A DNA stretch of 64,000 nucleotides from Rhodospirillaceae bacterium (GTDB lineage Bacteria > Pseudomonadota > Alphaproteobacteria > Rhodospirillales > JABHCV01). The stretch is taken from assembly GCA_018662005.1 (NCBI GenBank), contig JABJHA010000044.1, forward strand, positions 1,759 to 65,758, given 5' to 3'. How positions within the stretch are numbered: position 1 is the first letter of the stretch; every line of letters starts with the position of its first letter. Positions 1 through 8,861 of the stretch are shown here, piece after piece. A program made the position numbers and the translations under genes. The notes under the pieces are model-generated. The model ran no database searches, was not told where the DNA came from, and was given only the letters and a program-made list of their open reading frames with translations.

Positions 1-96
1 TGACGTTTCATTGGCTGCGACAATTCCGTATGCTGGAAAAAGAGAGGCTAAAGTCACACCTCCCGCCAGCAAAAATATCCTGAAAAAGCCGTTCAT
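1..96 (-). CDS. 5' end of an exported protein gene running off the left edge (partial)
   Basis: ATG at 96..94 on the minus strand. Translation MNGFFRIFLLAGGVTLASLFPAYGIVAANETS looks like a signal peptide. Only 32 codons are visible. Confidence 0.3.
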   Translation of the reverse strand, partial: MNGFFRIFLLAGGVTLASLFPAYGIVAANETS

Positions 97-213
97 TTGA
101 TTAACAACCTATTGGAAAATAATTATTATACACCTTTTATAAGGTATTAAGATGGCCTGTCTCGTTACCATATACAAGATTGATATTTATTTGAACGGCC
201 TGAAACCAGGAGA

Positions 214-3200
214 GTGTGCTTGAAAATAATCAGGAAGGTTTTTTCTTCGGTCATTTTCCTGTTTGCGGTGTCGTTTCTATTCGCCCCCAGTATTGTTAAT
301 GCCCAGGAAAAAACTGTAACGATTGGTGTTGCAAGTGAATATGCACCGTTCTCGTTTGTCGGTCTTGATGGACAACCCAGAGGGCTGTTGATCGATATAT
401 GGACTTTGTGGAGCGAGAAGACGGGAATTCCCGTCGAGTTTGTTCCAATATCCATGGATGGAATTTTTCAAGGGGTGAAGACGGGTGGTATTGACGTTCA
501 CTTCGGCCTTTTCAAAAATGATGAACGCGAACAATGGCTGGATTATTCAGAACCCATTCATGAAATCAAGACCGCTGTCTATTTCCTGAACCTGAAAGAA
601 AAGGAATTTCTGAAAACCGGCCTGCAAAAAGGTACAGCAGGAACGTTCGCCGGAAGCTTTCAGGAAGATTTCCTGAAAAAACAATATCCTGAGCTGCAGA
701 TCAAGGCACCAACTGGACACAAGGCGATGATTTCGGCCTTGATGAAAGGTGATATTGACTATGCGGTCTGGGAAACGCCAACCTTTGAATTATTGCTGGA
801 CCAGTTGGGTGTGAGCAGGGATATTGCCCGCAGCTCGGATGAACTGCTCAGCAATTTTGTCTACGCGGGCGTCAAGAAGGGAAACACGGAACTTCTCAAG
901 AAAATAAACGAAGGATTTGCTTCCCTGCCATTTACCAAATTGGCCGAATTTGACAAATTCTGGTTGCGTAATCCTGCGGATCGTTTTTATCGAAAGGCTG
1001 TCGATACTGTTGAATTAACACGCGAAGAGGAAGATTGGCTCGCCGTTCATCCATTCCTGCGTTTCGCCGTTACCGATTTCTTTTCTCCTGTCGATATTGT
1101 CGATAAAAACGGGAATTACAGCGGCTTGAATGCTGACTTGATGGCGCTGCTAAACAAGAAACTGGGGACAAGAATCGTCCCTGAATTTTTTAGCAAATGG
1201 AACGAAGTCGTCGACAGTGCCCTGGCAGGAAATGTTGATGGGGTGTTCACTTTTTCACGAACACCAGAGCGTGAAAAGAAAGTTCTGTACACCAAACCCT
1301 ATGCTTACGATCCCCTTGTCCTGGTTACACGAAAGGATAATCGTGAGATCAGGAGCAGGGCTGATCTGAAAGGTAAAAAAGTAACCGTCCTTAAGGGGAT
1401 AGCCGTGACCGCTGATACCAGGGCAAATGTAGGCGAAGGGCAATTGATTGAAGTCGACAGCGACAATGAAGCCTTGCGGATGCTGGCGCTGGATGAAATT
1501 GACGCCCACATCGGGCAACTAATTGGCTATAGAAATGCCTTGCGGGAAAGCGGGGTTACGGGGCTTAAAGTCAGCGACGCGAAAGTTGACGAAAGCAGTT
1601 CTTTCAGGATCGCCATACCCAAGGACCGTCTCGTACTGTTCTCGATTATCCAAAAGGGCATGAACGCCCTGACCCGGGGCGAACTGGCGACACTGGAGAA
1701 AAAGTGGCTTAACCCCAAGCAAGCCCGGGAACTTTCCCAAGGCATAATTAACCTGACTGTCGAGGAGCGTCATTGGCTAGACCTCAATGCGGAAATTCAG
1801 GTCGGCATGATGAGCGATTGGCCGCCGTTTAGTTTCGTCGATGATAACGGTATCAAAAGCGGGATCAGTCCGTCTTTTGTCGAGGCTATCAACAAAAGGC
1901 TCGGCGGACGTCTTAGGCTCAAGCCCGGCCCATGGAAGGGGCATCTGACGGATTTAAAAGAGGGCAAAATTGACGCACTTCTTGATCTTTCGCCAAGTGA
2001 TTCCCGGCGGAAAATCTATAATTTCACCAAACCGTATCTAACGATTCCCCATGTCATCATCGGCCCCAAGGACGGAGATTTCTTTGAGACTGAAGCTGAT
2101 CTGAACGGTAAAACCATTGCCCTTGAAAAAGGCTTCGGCAATGTAAAATATTTTCAAAACAATTTTCCGAACATCACCATCAAGGAATATCCAGACACAC
2201 GCGCCGCCCTGGACGCGGTTTCCCGCGGTGAGGCCGATGCTTACGGCGGCAACCGGGCGGTTGCTTCCTACATCATGGAAAAAGAAGTGATGCTGGGCCT
2301 CAAGCCGCATGGACGGTTAAACAAGTCCGGTTCTGTTTTGGCCGTTGGCGTTCGCAAGGACTGGCCGATCCTGTCCGGCATCCTGCAAAAAGCACTGGAC
2401 GATATCGGCCAGGAAGAAAGCCGGGCTATTCTTCAAAAATGGGTGGGAACGTCAAATAAAGAGACGGACAAGAAGGAATTACCCTTAACAGAAAAAGAAG
2501 CTGCGTGGCTAAAGGATCACAAGACCGTCCGTGTCATGGTCGGCACCTGGCCGCCTTTCCATTTCATGGACAAGGCTAAGCCCAAGGGTATGGCGCTTGA
2601 TTACGTCAAGACCATACTTAAAAACGTCGGGCTTGAAATTGAATTTGTTCCGATAAGCTGGGCCGAGGCACTAAACGGCATCTCGAATCTGGAAAAAATC
2701 GATCTACTTCCGACCATCGCCCACAGTGCCGAGCGTGAAAAACTTGTCGCCTTTACTGAACCTTACTTGTCATTCCCCAGGGTCATTTTTGCCCGCAATG
2801 ATGACAATTCGATCTCCTCGCTTGAAGACCTGCATGGCCGCACGGTAGCCGTCGAGGAAAACTTCATAACCCAGAAGTTGCTTGAGAAGGATCATCCGCA
2901 AATCAAATTGCTGGTTGTCGCTTCGACCAAGGATGCACTGGAGGCGGTTTCCTTCGGCAGGGCGGACGCTTTTGTCAGCAACCTGGCGGTTGGCAGTTAT
3001 CTGATCGGGGAACAGGGATTGCTTAATCTCAAGGTAGCGTCCCCGACAAGCTACAAGAACGATATTCAGCACATCGGTGTGCGCAAGGATTGGCCGGAGT
3101 TGGCATCGATCCTCAGCAAGGCACTGGAGGCGTTGCCTGAGAAAGACAAGCGCGAAATTCGTGATCGCTGGATTGCCAGTATGGCAATTCCTCAGGCTGA

Positions 3201-6200
3201 AAAAAAGGATGCCATTGACGAGGATATAATCCTGCAGACAGGCATCGGCATTGTAGCCATGATCGTCTTGTTGATGGCTATGGTTTTTGCCATGCGCATT
3301 CTCGAGGGCAAAGAAAGTGGCCGCATATATCAGTCAAAAGAACTCAAGGGCTTGGGGCTTTTGTTGATCGGAATTTTCCTTTGTGTCGTCGTACTGTCGG
3401 CCTGGTATACGGTGAAAAGCGTCGAGGATCGAACCCGTCAGGACATCGGCTATTCCTTGCAAACGATTCTGCGCAGCACCCACGAAGCCCTGATTTTGTG
3501 GGTGGATCGCAAAAAAACCGACCTGTTGACCATTACGGAATCTTTTGGGCCGCGCACGCTGGTCCGAAATCTTTTGCAAGTACCCAGAAACCAGAACGAT
3601 TTACTCAAAAGCGGCGAACTATTTCAAATCAGAAACCTGCTTCAATTTGAAAAAAAGAAGATCGGCGACACAGGCTTCTTCGTTATCGCGCCTGATGGTA
3701 TTTCCCTTGCTTCCATGCGAGATGAGAATATCGGAACACCCAATCTTATTTACAAACAGAAGAGGCTGCTTTTTGATAAGGTTTTCAAAGGACAAACCGT
3801 CCTGATCCCTCCGATTGCTTCTGATATACAATTTAGCGGCGCAAAAAATTCCGCAACAATGTTCCTTGTTGCACCGGTTATGGACCTTTCCGGTAAAAAA
3901 GTGATCGCAGCAATGGCAATGCGCCTTGATCCAACGGGTGAATTTTCCCGCATTATCCAGTTGGGGCGAATGGGCCTATCGGGAGAGACCTATACCTTCG
4001 ATCAGCAGGGTGGGCTGATGTCCGAAAGCCGGTTTGCCGGTGATCTGCAACAAATTGGTCTTATAGGTGAATATGAGCATTCAATAATGAGGGTTCGGGT
4101 TGGTGATCCCGGCGGCAATCTTCTGGAAGGTCATCCCTTGCCAACGGACTTGAAGGGCTTGCCCTTGACCATGATGGCGGCCCAGGCAACAGCTGGAAAT
4201 AACGGCATGAATGTCTTGGGATACAGGGATTACCGGGGCGTACCGGTGATGGGGGCGTGGTTGTGGGATGAAGATCTTAGCCTTGGCATGACGACGGAAG
4301 TCGATGTCGATGAAGCTCTCAATTCGTATTTTACCATCCGCAACACGGTGTTAATCGTGCTTGGCGTCACCGTCACTATGGCTTTGATTTTAACCGGCCT
4401 AACGACCTGGGTCGGGCGAAGTGCAAATCGCTCACTGAGCAAGGCCCGCGACGAACTTGAGCGCAAGGTCGAAGAGCGCACAGCGGAAGTTGCCGAGAAA
4501 GAAGCGCATTTACGTTTGGCGATGGACACCATGACCGATGGCATTTTTATGCTGGATGGTGACATGCAATATGTCCTGTTTAACAACCGTTACCGGGAAC
4601 TGGTCGAAATTCCGGGCGACATCATCCAGATTGGCGCAAAGGTGAGCGATGTCATTAAAGCGCATGCCGCCAGGGGCGATTACGGTAAGGGTAATACCGA
4701 TGGTCTGGTCAGGAAACAACGACTGGGACTATTAAGCGATCAGGTCGTCGATAGCGAGTTGTCGATTAACGCGGACAAACGAATTATCAGCCTGCGGAAA
4801 GCCCCAATCGAAGGCGGCGGGGCTGTCGTTGTTTTAACCGATGTGACCGAACGCAAGCGCCAAGAAAATGCATTGAAGAAAAGTGAGCAGCAAGTCCGGC
4901 ATATTCTGGAGGATAGCCCGGTAGCTGTTGCAATATCACTAGACGATGGTTCGGATGAAGACGGCACCGTGACGTTTGCCAACGCGCAGTTTCTGGAAAT
5001 GATAGGAATACCGGAAACGGAAATTGGCACAATCAAGACCGAAAGTTTCATCCCCAAGGGCAAGAAAAGGGATGAGCATCAAGCAGCCCTCGATAGCGGG
5101 GAAGGTTTTGTCAATGTTGAACAATTGGTCATCGGAAGTTATGGCCGCGACATCTGGACCCTGATGTCGATTAACCCAATTGAATACCAGGAACGCAGAG
5201 CCGCCCTGATCTGGTTTTACGACATCACTGAGCGTAAGCGCATGGAAGTCGAACTTATGGTTTCGAAGGAAAAAGCGGAATCGGCAACCAAGGCCAAATC
5301 ATCCTTCCTGGCCGCCATGAGCCATGAAATCCGCACCCCCATGAACGGTGTCGTCGGCATGATCGACTTGCTGCGTGAAACCAAGCTCGACCCCGATCAG
5401 CATCAAATGATGCGCACCGTTCGTGATAGCGCCTTCTCCTTGCTGCAAATTATCAATGATATTCTCGACTTCTCGAAAATCGAAGCCGGCAAGCTGGACC
5501 TTGAGCTGATCCCTGTGTCGATTGGCGATGTGATTGAAGGGGTTTCAGAAACCTTGTTACCCAACGCGGTTCCCAAGAGTATCCGCCTGATCATCTACAT
5601 TGATCCGGAAATTCCATCCTGGCTGCTGTGTGACCAGGTGCGCCTGCGCCAGGTTTTGTTTAATCTTGCCGGTAACGCCGTCAAGTTCACCGAGTCCAAA
5701 CCCGATAAGCCAGGCAAGGTGATTATCCGTGCAGATCTGGGCAAGAAACGCGACAAGAAAAATGTCATCATAGACTTCTCGATTATCGATAATGGTATCG
5801 GTATGTCAAAAAGCGGTGTCTCGAACCTCTTTAAACCCTTCACACAGGCGGAAAGTTCGACCACCCGCCGTTTCGGCGGTACCGGACTGGGGCTTTCAAT
5901 TTGCAAAAACCTGACCGATATCATGAAGGGTAAAATTGATGTCAAAAGCACCCCCGGAGAAGGATCGACATTCAAGATTTCGATCCCCTTCGAGGTTGCT
6001 GAAAAGGTACCCGGAACATCAGATAGTTACGATCTTTCAGGCCTCAAGATTTTGGCAACTATTGAGGACCCTGATGCCCGCACGTTCATTGGTGGTTACC
6101 TCAATCATTATGGTTCCGAAGCCACCATGACCGACAATATTTCTGATATTGAGGAAATATTGGCAACGGCTTCCGGGGAAGGTGCGTCTTTCGATATTCT

Positions 6201-7329
6201 CGTGCTCGGTTCTACCTTGGGTGCGGAAGAACAGAAGAAGCTGATATCGACGTTAAGGGGCGATAACAAAAACCTTCGCTATGTGCTGCTCACCGACGAT
6301 AGAAAAGCCAAAAGAGGGATGGTGCTGCCCGACAAGGTTATTGTCCAAAGTTATCCCTTACGTCGTTCTGCCTTTCTGCGCGGGGTCGCCATGGCCGCCG
6401 GCAGGGCCAGTCCTGATATCGATAACGACGAGGGTATATTAAAGGGAGCCCAGAAAAAAGCGCCGACGATTGACGAGGCGAAGGCGGCAGGTCAGCTTAT
6501 TCTGATCGCCGAAGACAACGTCACCAATCAGGATGTAATCCGCCGTCAGTTGGGTGTTCTGGGCTACGCTTGCGAGATTGCTGATGATGGTGCCCAGGGC
6601 TTGGAAGCCTGGAAAAGCGGTTCCTACGCGGTTGTTCTTACAGATTGTCATATGCCGGAAATGGATGGTTACGAATTTACCGGTGCGATCCGCAAGTTGG
6701 AAGCGGAGGCCGGGGACGAAGAGCGCATCCCGATTGTCGCGATCACCGCCAATGCCCTGCAAGGTGAGGTTGATCGCTGCCTGGATGCCGGTATGGATGA
6801 CTATTTGTCCAAACCGCTGGAGATGGACAAGCTCAAGAAGACACTGGCCAAGTGGATGCCGGCATCTGCGACGGCGGGCGTCGAAGAACTGGAATTGTCA
6901 GAAGAACAAGAGGTGTCAGAAGAACCCGAAGTGCAGGAAACTGCAGAACCCGAGGATGTGTCAGAACCGGAAGTTTCCAGTGAGCAAGCGCCTTCCGACG
7001 GTCCGGCCATTGATGATCGCGCCCTGAAAGATATCTTTGGTGACGATGATGAAACCTTCAAGGAGATCCTTGGCGATTTCGGCGAGCCCTCACTCGCCAT
7101 CGTCAAGGAAATTCAGGATGCCTTTTCAGCCCGTGATGCGAAAATCATTGGTGCGTCCGGCCATAAACTTAAATCATCATCACGTTCCGTCGGCGCTCAC
7201 ACCCTTGCCGATCTTTGTGCCGAACTTGAAAAAGCTGGCAAGGCAGAAGACTGGGAGACTATCGATAGCCTGATGCCCGGTCTAGAACCTTCGATGACGG
7301 ACGTTATGAACTATATTGAAGCGTTATGA
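214..7329 (+). CDS. Giant hybrid sensor histidine kinase. Domain order: signal peptide, 4x periplasmic solute-binding (SBP_bac_3/VFT) domains, TM-TM, Cache-like domain, TM, 2x PAS, HisKA, HATPase_c, degenerate receiver-like module, receiver, acidic linker, Hpt.
   Basis: Single 2371-aa ORF. Four repeats of the SBP family 3 pattern begin near nt 310, 1050, 1795 and 2527. Hydrophobic helices lie at about 3227-3300, 3352-3415 and 4348-4415. H-box SHEIRTPMNG is at about 5320 and G-box GGTGLGLSICK at about 5875. Receiver: LILIAEDN...VLTDCHMPEMDG at about 6497-6670. Hpt: SGHKLKSSS at about 7153. The track start at 214 is GTG; in-frame TTG at 220 sits 7 nt after AGGAG (208-212) and may be the real start. 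Confidence 0.9.
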   Translation: MCLKIIRKVFSSVIFLFAVSFLFAPSIVNAQEKTVTIGVASEYAPFSFVGLDGQPRGLLIDIWTLWSEKTGIPVEFVPISMDGIFQGVKTGGIDVHFGLFKNDEREQWLDYSEPIHEIKTAVYFLNLKEKEFLKTGLQKGTAGTFAGSFQEDFLKKQYPELQIKAPTGHKAMISALMKGDIDYAVWETPTFELLLDQLGVSRDIARSSDELLSNFVYAGVKKGNTELLKKINEGFASLPFTKLAEFDKFWLRNPADRFYRKAVDTVELTREEEDWLAVHPFLRFAVTDFFSPVDIVDKNGNYSGLNADLMALLNKKLGTRIVPEFFSKWNEVVDSALAGNVDGVFTFSRTPEREKKVLYTKPYAYDPLVLVTRKDNREIRSRADLKGKKVTVLKGIAVTADTRANVGEGQLIEVDSDNEALRMLALDEIDAHIGQLIGYRNALRESGVTGLKVSDAKVDESSSFRIAIPKDRLVLFSIIQKGMNALTRGELATLEKKWLNPKQARELSQGIINLTVEERHWLDLNAEIQVGMMSDWPPFSFVDDNGIKSGISPSFVEAINKRLGGRLRLKPGPWKGHLTDLKEGKIDALLDLSPSDSRRKIYNFTKPYLTIPHVIIGPKDGDFFETEADLNGKTIALEKGFGNVKYFQNNFPNITIKEYPDTRAALDAVSRGEADAYGGNRAVASYIMEKEVMLGLKPHGRLNKSGSVLAVGVRKDWPILSGILQKALDDIGQEESRAILQKWVGTSNKETDKKELPLTEKEAAWLKDHKTVRVMVGTWPPFHFMDKAKPKGMALDYVKTILKNVGLEIEFVPISWAEALNGISNLEKIDLLPTIAHSAEREKLVAFTEPYLSFPRVIFARNDDNSISSLEDLHGRTVAVEENFITQKLLEKDHPQIKLLVVASTKDALEAVSFGRADAFVSNLAVGSYLIGEQGLLNLKVASPTSYKNDIQHIGVRKDWPELASILSKALEALPEKDKREIRDRWIASMAIPQAEKKDAIDEDIILQTGIGIVAMIVLLMAMVFAMRILEGKESGRIYQSKELKGLGLLLIGIFLCVVVLSAWYTVKSVEDRTRQDIGYSLQTILRSTHEALILWVDRKKTDLLTITESFGPRTLVRNLLQVPRNQNDLLKSGELFQIRNLLQFEKKKIGDTGFFVIAPDGISLASMRDENIGTPNLIYKQKRLLFDKVFKGQTVLIPPIASDIQFSGAKNSATMFLVAPVMDLSGKKVIAAMAMRLDPTGEFSRIIQLGRMGLSGETYTFDQQGGLMSESRFAGDLQQIGLIGEYEHSIMRVRVGDPGGNLLEGHPLPTDLKGLPLTMMAAQATAGNNGMNVLGYRDYRGVPVMGAWLWDEDLSLGMTTEVDVDEALNSYFTIRNTVLIVLGVTVTMALILTGLTTWVGRSANRSLSKARDELERKVEERTAEVAEKEAHLRLAMDTMTDGIFMLDGDMQYVLFNNRYRELVEIPGDIIQIGAKVSDVIKAHAARGDYGKGNTDGLVRKQRLGLLSDQVVDSELSINADKRIISLRKAPIEGGGAVVVLTDVTERKRQENALKKSEQQVRHILEDSPVAVAISLDDGSDEDGTVTFANAQFLEMIGIPETEIGTIKTESFIPKGKKRDEHQAALDSGEGFVNVEQLVIGSYGRDIWTLMSINPIEYQERRAALIWFYDITERKRMEVELMVSKEKAESATKAKSSFLAAMSHEIRTPMNGVVGMIDLLRETKLDPDQHQMMRTVRDSAFSLLQIINDILDFSKIEAGKLDLELIPVSIGDVIEGVSETLLPNAVPKSIRLIIYIDPEIPSWLLCDQVRLRQVLFNLAGNAVKFTESKPDKPGKVIIRADLGKKRDKKNVIIDFSIIDNGIGMSKSGVSNLFKPFTQAESSTTRRFGGTGLGLSICKNLTDIMKGKIDVKSTPGEGSTFKISIPFEVAEKVPGTSDSYDLSGLKILATIEDPDARTFIGGYLNHYGSEATMTDNISDIEEILATASGEGASFDILVLGSTLGAEEQKKLISTLRGDNKNLRYVLLTDDRKAKRGMVLPDKVIVQSYPLRRSAFLRGVAMAAGRASPDIDNDEGILKGAQKKAPTIDEAKAAGQLILIAEDNVTNQDVIRRQLGVLGYACEIADDGAQGLEAWKSGSYAVVLTDCHMPEMDGYEFTGAIRKLEAEAGDEERIPIVAITANALQGEVDRCLDAGMDDYLSKPLEMDKLKKTLAKWMPASATAGVEELELSEEQEVSEEPEVQETAEPEDVSEPEVSSEQAPSDGPAIDDRALKDIFGDDDETFKEILGDFGEPSLAIVKEIQDAFSARDAKIIGASGHKLKSSSRSVGAHTLADLCAELEKAGKAEDWETIDSLMPGLEPSMTDVMNYIEAL

Positions 7330-7374
7330 TGCGTGTATATTGGAACGCAGGTTGAAAAACGGGAGAAGATTTAA

Positions 7375-7809
7375 ATGAACGCGGAAGCTCTAGGCAGTCT
7401 GGATGTCCTGGTTATCGATGATGAACCGTTTATTCGTAAACTGATCGCGCGCATGCTTTTTGAACTGGGCGTCAAGAACGTCGTTGATGCCGAAGATGGC
7501 GCTGATGGAATGAACAAGGTGCGCCAGTCAAGAAAAGGCTTTGACGTAATTATCTGCGACCTGGAAATGCCAAACATGGACGGTTTCGGGTTTGTCCGTC
7601 TGCTGCGAAATGACAAGACAATAAGCAATCCCAATGTTCCGGTGTTGATTCTGACGGGGCATTCTGACGAAGATAGTATCCATAAATCCATTCAGTTGGG
7701 CATAAACGGATTTCTTACAAAACCGGTGTCAAAGACGAATTTGGAAAAGCGGATCATGTTGGCCCTGGCATCCTCGGTCATTGATCCGGAATTGCTGAAA
7801 GGACGTTAA
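7375..7809 (+). CDS. Single-domain response regulator (CheY-like receiver)
   Basis: VLVIDDEPF...DVIICDLEMPNMDG...LTKP receiver motifs. Lies 45 nt downstream of the kinase. Confidence 0.9.
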   Translation: MNAEALGSLDVLVIDDEPFIRKLIARMLFELGVKNVVDAEDGADGMNKVRQSRKGFDVIICDLEMPNMDGFGFVRLLRNDKTISNPNVPVLILTGHSDEDSIHKSIQLGINGFLTKPVSKTNLEKRIMLALASSVIDPELLKGR

Positions 7810-7811
7810 GC

Positions 7812-8858
7812 GTGAGTACTGATGGCCCGAAAATCCTCACCGTGGACGATGAGGAATTCAATCTGAAGCTGTTAACCCGGCATCTCGATAAAGAGGGTTT
7901 CAGCAATGTGACGACGGCGAGCAATGGCGCGGAAGCTCTTGAAACCCTTCGCGGTAGTGACTTTGACCTGGTGTTGATGGACATCGAAATGCCCGAAATG
8001 GATGGTCTTGCCGCCCTTGAAACCATCAAGTCGGATATGCGGCTTCGCGATATTCCGGTAATTATGATTTCCGGTGTCGAGGCAATGGACAGTATCGTCA
8101 AAAGTATCGAGCTTGGCGCCGAAGATTATTTGGCAAAGCCTTTTAACCCGGTCATGTTGCGCGCCCGGGTTAACGCCAGCCTTGAAAAGAAGCGGCTGCG
8201 CGACATGGAAAGCAATCACTTAAGCCAGATCAAAATAGAAAAGAAAAAATCCGATCAGCTGCTCAACGTTATCCTGCCTTCATCTGCCGCAAGCGAGCTT
8301 AAGGCAACCGGCAAGGTCGTGCCGCGCAGCTACGACAACGCGGCGATCCTGTTTTGCGATATTGTCAGCTTCACGACATTTTGCTCCAGCCATACAGCGG
8401 AGGAAGTGGTCGGCAGTTTGCAGGAACTGTTTGTCAAGTTCGAGGAAATCACCAATCGCTATCAAATGGAGAAAATCAAGACCATTGGCGACGAGTTCAT
8501 GGCCAGCGCCGGATTGACCCTGCAAAATTACCAGCCCCTGCTCTCGGCTGTGAAGTGCGGCCACGACATGGTCGAGGCGACAAAAACCCTGGATAACGGT
8601 TGGGAAGTTCGTGTCGGCGTTCACTCAGGACCTGTGGTGGCGGGCATCGTCGGTGACGAGAAATACCAGTTCGATGTTTGGGGCGACACCGTCAACATGG
8701 CTGCCCGCATGGCCGGTCTGGGGCAGCCTGGAACGGTGGCCATGACCCTCGATTCCTGGATGCAGGTTCAGGATGAATGCGAAGGCCGCTCATTGGGTCA
8801 GGTCGAAGTCAAGGGCAAGGGTTCCATCGAAGTGGTTGAATGCACCGGCGTTTGCTGA
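7812..8858 (+). CDS. Response regulator receiver fused to a class III adenylate/guanylate cyclase domain
   Basis: GTG start 2 nt after the preceding stop. Receiver: ILTVDDEEF...DLVLMDIEMPEMDG...AKP. Cyclase: FCDIVSFTTF...KTIGDEFMA...VGVHSGPVVAGIVGDEKYQFDVWGDTVNMAARM. Confidence 0.9.
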   Translation: MSTDGPKILTVDDEEFNLKLLTRHLDKEGFSNVTTASNGAEALETLRGSDFDLVLMDIEMPEMDGLAALETIKSDMRLRDIPVIMISGVEAMDSIVKSIELGAEDYLAKPFNPVMLRARVNASLEKKRLRDMESNHLSQIKIEKKKSDQLLNVILPSSAASELKATGKVVPRSYDNAAILFCDIVSFTTFCSSHTAEEVVGSLQELFVKFEEITNRYQMEKIKTIGDEFMASAGLTLQNYQPLLSAVKCGHDMVEATKTLDNGWEVRVGVHSGPVVAGIVGDEKYQFDVWGDTVNMAARMAGLGQPGTVAMTLDSWMQVQDECEGRSLGQVEVKGKGSIEVVECTGVC

Positions 8859-8861
8859 TCC

